Of a stretch of 300 bases of DNA, positions 1 through 300 are shown piece by piece (the stretch's first letter is position 1; each line of letters begins with the position of its first letter). Made by a program: the position numbers and the translations under genes. The notes under the pieces are model-generated. The model searched no databases. It saw only the letters and a program-made list of their open reading frames with translations, and had not been told where the DNA came from. Source of the DNA: Escherichia coli (GTDB lineage Bacteria > Pseudomonadota > Gammaproteobacteria > Enterobacterales > Enterobacteriaceae). The DNA is taken from assembly GCF_003334355.1 (NCBI RefSeq), contig NZ_QOWP01000117.1; one strand, 5' to 3'.

Positions 1-1
1 T

Positions 2-77
2 TGGTGGGTCGTGCAGGATTCGAACCTGCGACCAATTGATTAAAAGTCAACTGCTCTACCAACTGAGCTAACGACCC
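2..77 (-). tRNA. lysZ: tRNA-Lys (anticodon UUU), 76 nt including encoded 3' CCA
   Basis: Minus-strand read (77->2) is GGGTCGTTAGCTCAGTTGGTAGAGCAGTTGACTTTTAATCAATTGGTCGCAGGTTCGAATCCTGCACGACCCACCA. It folds as a canonical cloverleaf: 7-bp acceptor stem GGGTCGT/ACGACCC, D-stem GCTC/GAGC, anticodon stem GTTGA/TCAAT (one G-U), anticodon loop CTTTTAA with anticodon TTT, 5-nt variable loop, T-stem GCAGG/CCTGC with loop TTCGAAT, discriminator A, then CCA. It matches the E. coli tRNA-Lys sequence as I recall it. The symbol lysZ is tentative: it assumes the E. coli K-12 operon order and relies on my unverified recollection that lysY and lysZ are 146 bp apart, which would make this the downstream copy. 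Confidence 0.96.
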
Positions 78-93
78 ATATGGGTGTTACCTG

Positions 94-120
94 AAAGATT
101 TCTACTCGGAACCAATCTTT
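94..120 (-). other. AU-rich hairpin (7-bp stem, 13-nt loop) immediately after the CCA-AUUUUAA of the tRNA 3'-end remnant
   Basis: In RNA sense: AAAGAUU-GGUUCCGAGUAGA-AAUCUUU. The arms are exact reverse complements (plus strand aaagatt 94-100, aatcttt 114-120). The large loop and AU-rich stem make stability marginal. Confidence 0.3.
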
Positions 121-143
121 AAAATTGGTGGCTCGTGCAGGAT
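119..143 (-). repeat. Truncated tRNA-Lys 3'-end remnant: 3' half of T-stem, 3' acceptor strand, CCA and 7-nt downstream flank, duplicated inside the spacer
   Basis: Plus strand 119-143 (ttaaaattggtggctcgtgcaggat) versus 217-241 (ttaaaactggtgggtcgtgcaggat): 25 nt with 2 mismatches, at 125 (t vs c) and 132 (c vs g). Similarity stops abruptly on both sides (144 g vs 242 t; 115-118 vs 213-216 unrelated). The 5' partner strands needed for acceptor and T stems are absent upstream, so this is not a functional tRNA. Confidence 0.75.
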
Positions 144-197
144 GACTCGCTTCGCTCGCCCTACGGGCCGTTGCTGGCGTAACGTTATCCTTCACGC

Positions 198-220
198 TTA
201 ACATCTGAGTTTGATGTTAA
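198..220 (-). other. AU-rich hairpin (8-bp perfect stem, 7-nt loop) beginning 3 nt after the CCA of the upstream tRNA-Lys
   Basis: In RNA sense: UUAACAUC-AAACUCA-GAUGUUAA. The arms are exact reverse complements (plus strand ttaacatc 198-205, gatgttaa 213-220). There is no GC-rich stem and no following U-tract, so it is not a canonical intrinsic terminator. Confidence 0.4.
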
Positions 221-223
221 AAC

Positions 224-299
224 TGGTGGGTCGTGCAGGATTCGAACCTGCGACCAATTGATTAAAAGTCAACTGCTCTACCAACTGAGCTAACGACCC
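224..299 (-). tRNA. lysY: tRNA-Lys (anticodon UUU), 76 nt including encoded 3' CCA
   Basis: Positions 224-299 are identical over all 76 nt to positions 2-77 (checked base by base), so the same cloverleaf and TTT anticodon apply. On the transcribed minus strand this is the upstream copy. The symbol lysY is tentative for the same reason as above; if the source is not E. coli K-12-like, the paralog name could differ. Confidence 0.96.
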
Positions 300-300
300 G

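Larger units (their letters stand above)
78..223 (-). other. Internal transcribed spacer (146 bp) between two tRNA-Lys genes of a polycistronic tRNA operon
   Basis: The region lies between the 3' CCA of the upstream tRNA (224-226) and the 5' end of the downstream tRNA (77). Both genes are on the same strand, and I found no convincing -35/-10 pair or intrinsic terminator between them, so co-transcription is inferred. The length is read directly from the coordinates. Confidence 0.8.

Noticed and set aside
78-125. Internal promoter for the downstream tRNA-Lys within the spacer
   Set aside because: Scanning the transcribed strand by eye found only weak partial hexamer matches (for example TTGGTT) with no acceptable -10 element at 16-18 bp spacing. 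A weak internal promoter cannot be excluded without experimental TSS mapping.
119-143. tRNA 3'-end remnant as a functional tRNA or tRNA pseudogene with full cloverleaf
   Set aside because: Only the 3' T-stem strand, 3' acceptor strand and CCA are present. The required 5' acceptor strand (GGCTCGT) and 5' T-stem strand (GCAGG) are absent from the upstream spacer, so no cloverleaf can form.
142-201. Short plus-strand ORF (ATG at 142 to TAA at 199-201, 19 codons: MTRFARPTGRCWRNVILHA)
   Set aside because: It lies entirely inside a tRNA operon spacer on the strand opposite to transcription. It has no recognisable Shine-Dalgarno sequence upstream, and its start overlaps the tRNA 3'-end remnant. The length is consistent with a chance ORF in GC-moderate sequence.
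144-216. Integrated mobile element between the genuine tRNA 3' end and its duplicated copy (attL/attR-like arrangement)
   Set aside because: The intervening segment is only 73 bp with no coding capacity, so no intact element is present. At most this is a scar, and a recombination or duplication origin is equally plausible.
94-220. Hairpins as rho-independent terminators
   Set aside because: Both stems are AU-rich with no GC clamp and no downstream U-tract, and a functional tRNA gene follows on the same strand, so termination here would silence the downstream copy. A processing or structural role is more plausible.
2-299. Repeat-spacer-repeat layout superficially resembling a minimal CRISPR array
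   Set aside because: The repeats are 76 bp and fold as complete tRNA-Lys cloverleaves. Repeat and spacer lengths are far outside CRISPR norms, and only two copies are present.

Overview
No novel system is evident in this window; it is a non-coding segment of a tRNA operon transcribed on the minus strand. It holds two identical 76-nt tRNA-Lys(UUU) genes (2-77 and 224-299, each with an encoded 3' CCA) separated by a 146-bp internal transcribed spacer (78-223). The tRNA sequence matches, from memory, the Escherichia coli K-12 tRNA-Lys, and the 146-bp spacing matches my recollection of the lysY-lysZ pair in the lysT-valT-lysW-valZ-lysY-lysZ-lysQ operon; the paralog names are therefore tentative and unverified. 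The spacer is not featureless: it carries a 25-bp duplicate of the tRNA 3' end plus its downstream flank (119-143 versus 217-241, 2 mismatches), and an AU-rich hairpin sits just downstream of each CCA-(G/A)TTTTAA motif. No protein-coding gene, CRISPR array, or mobile element can be supported.
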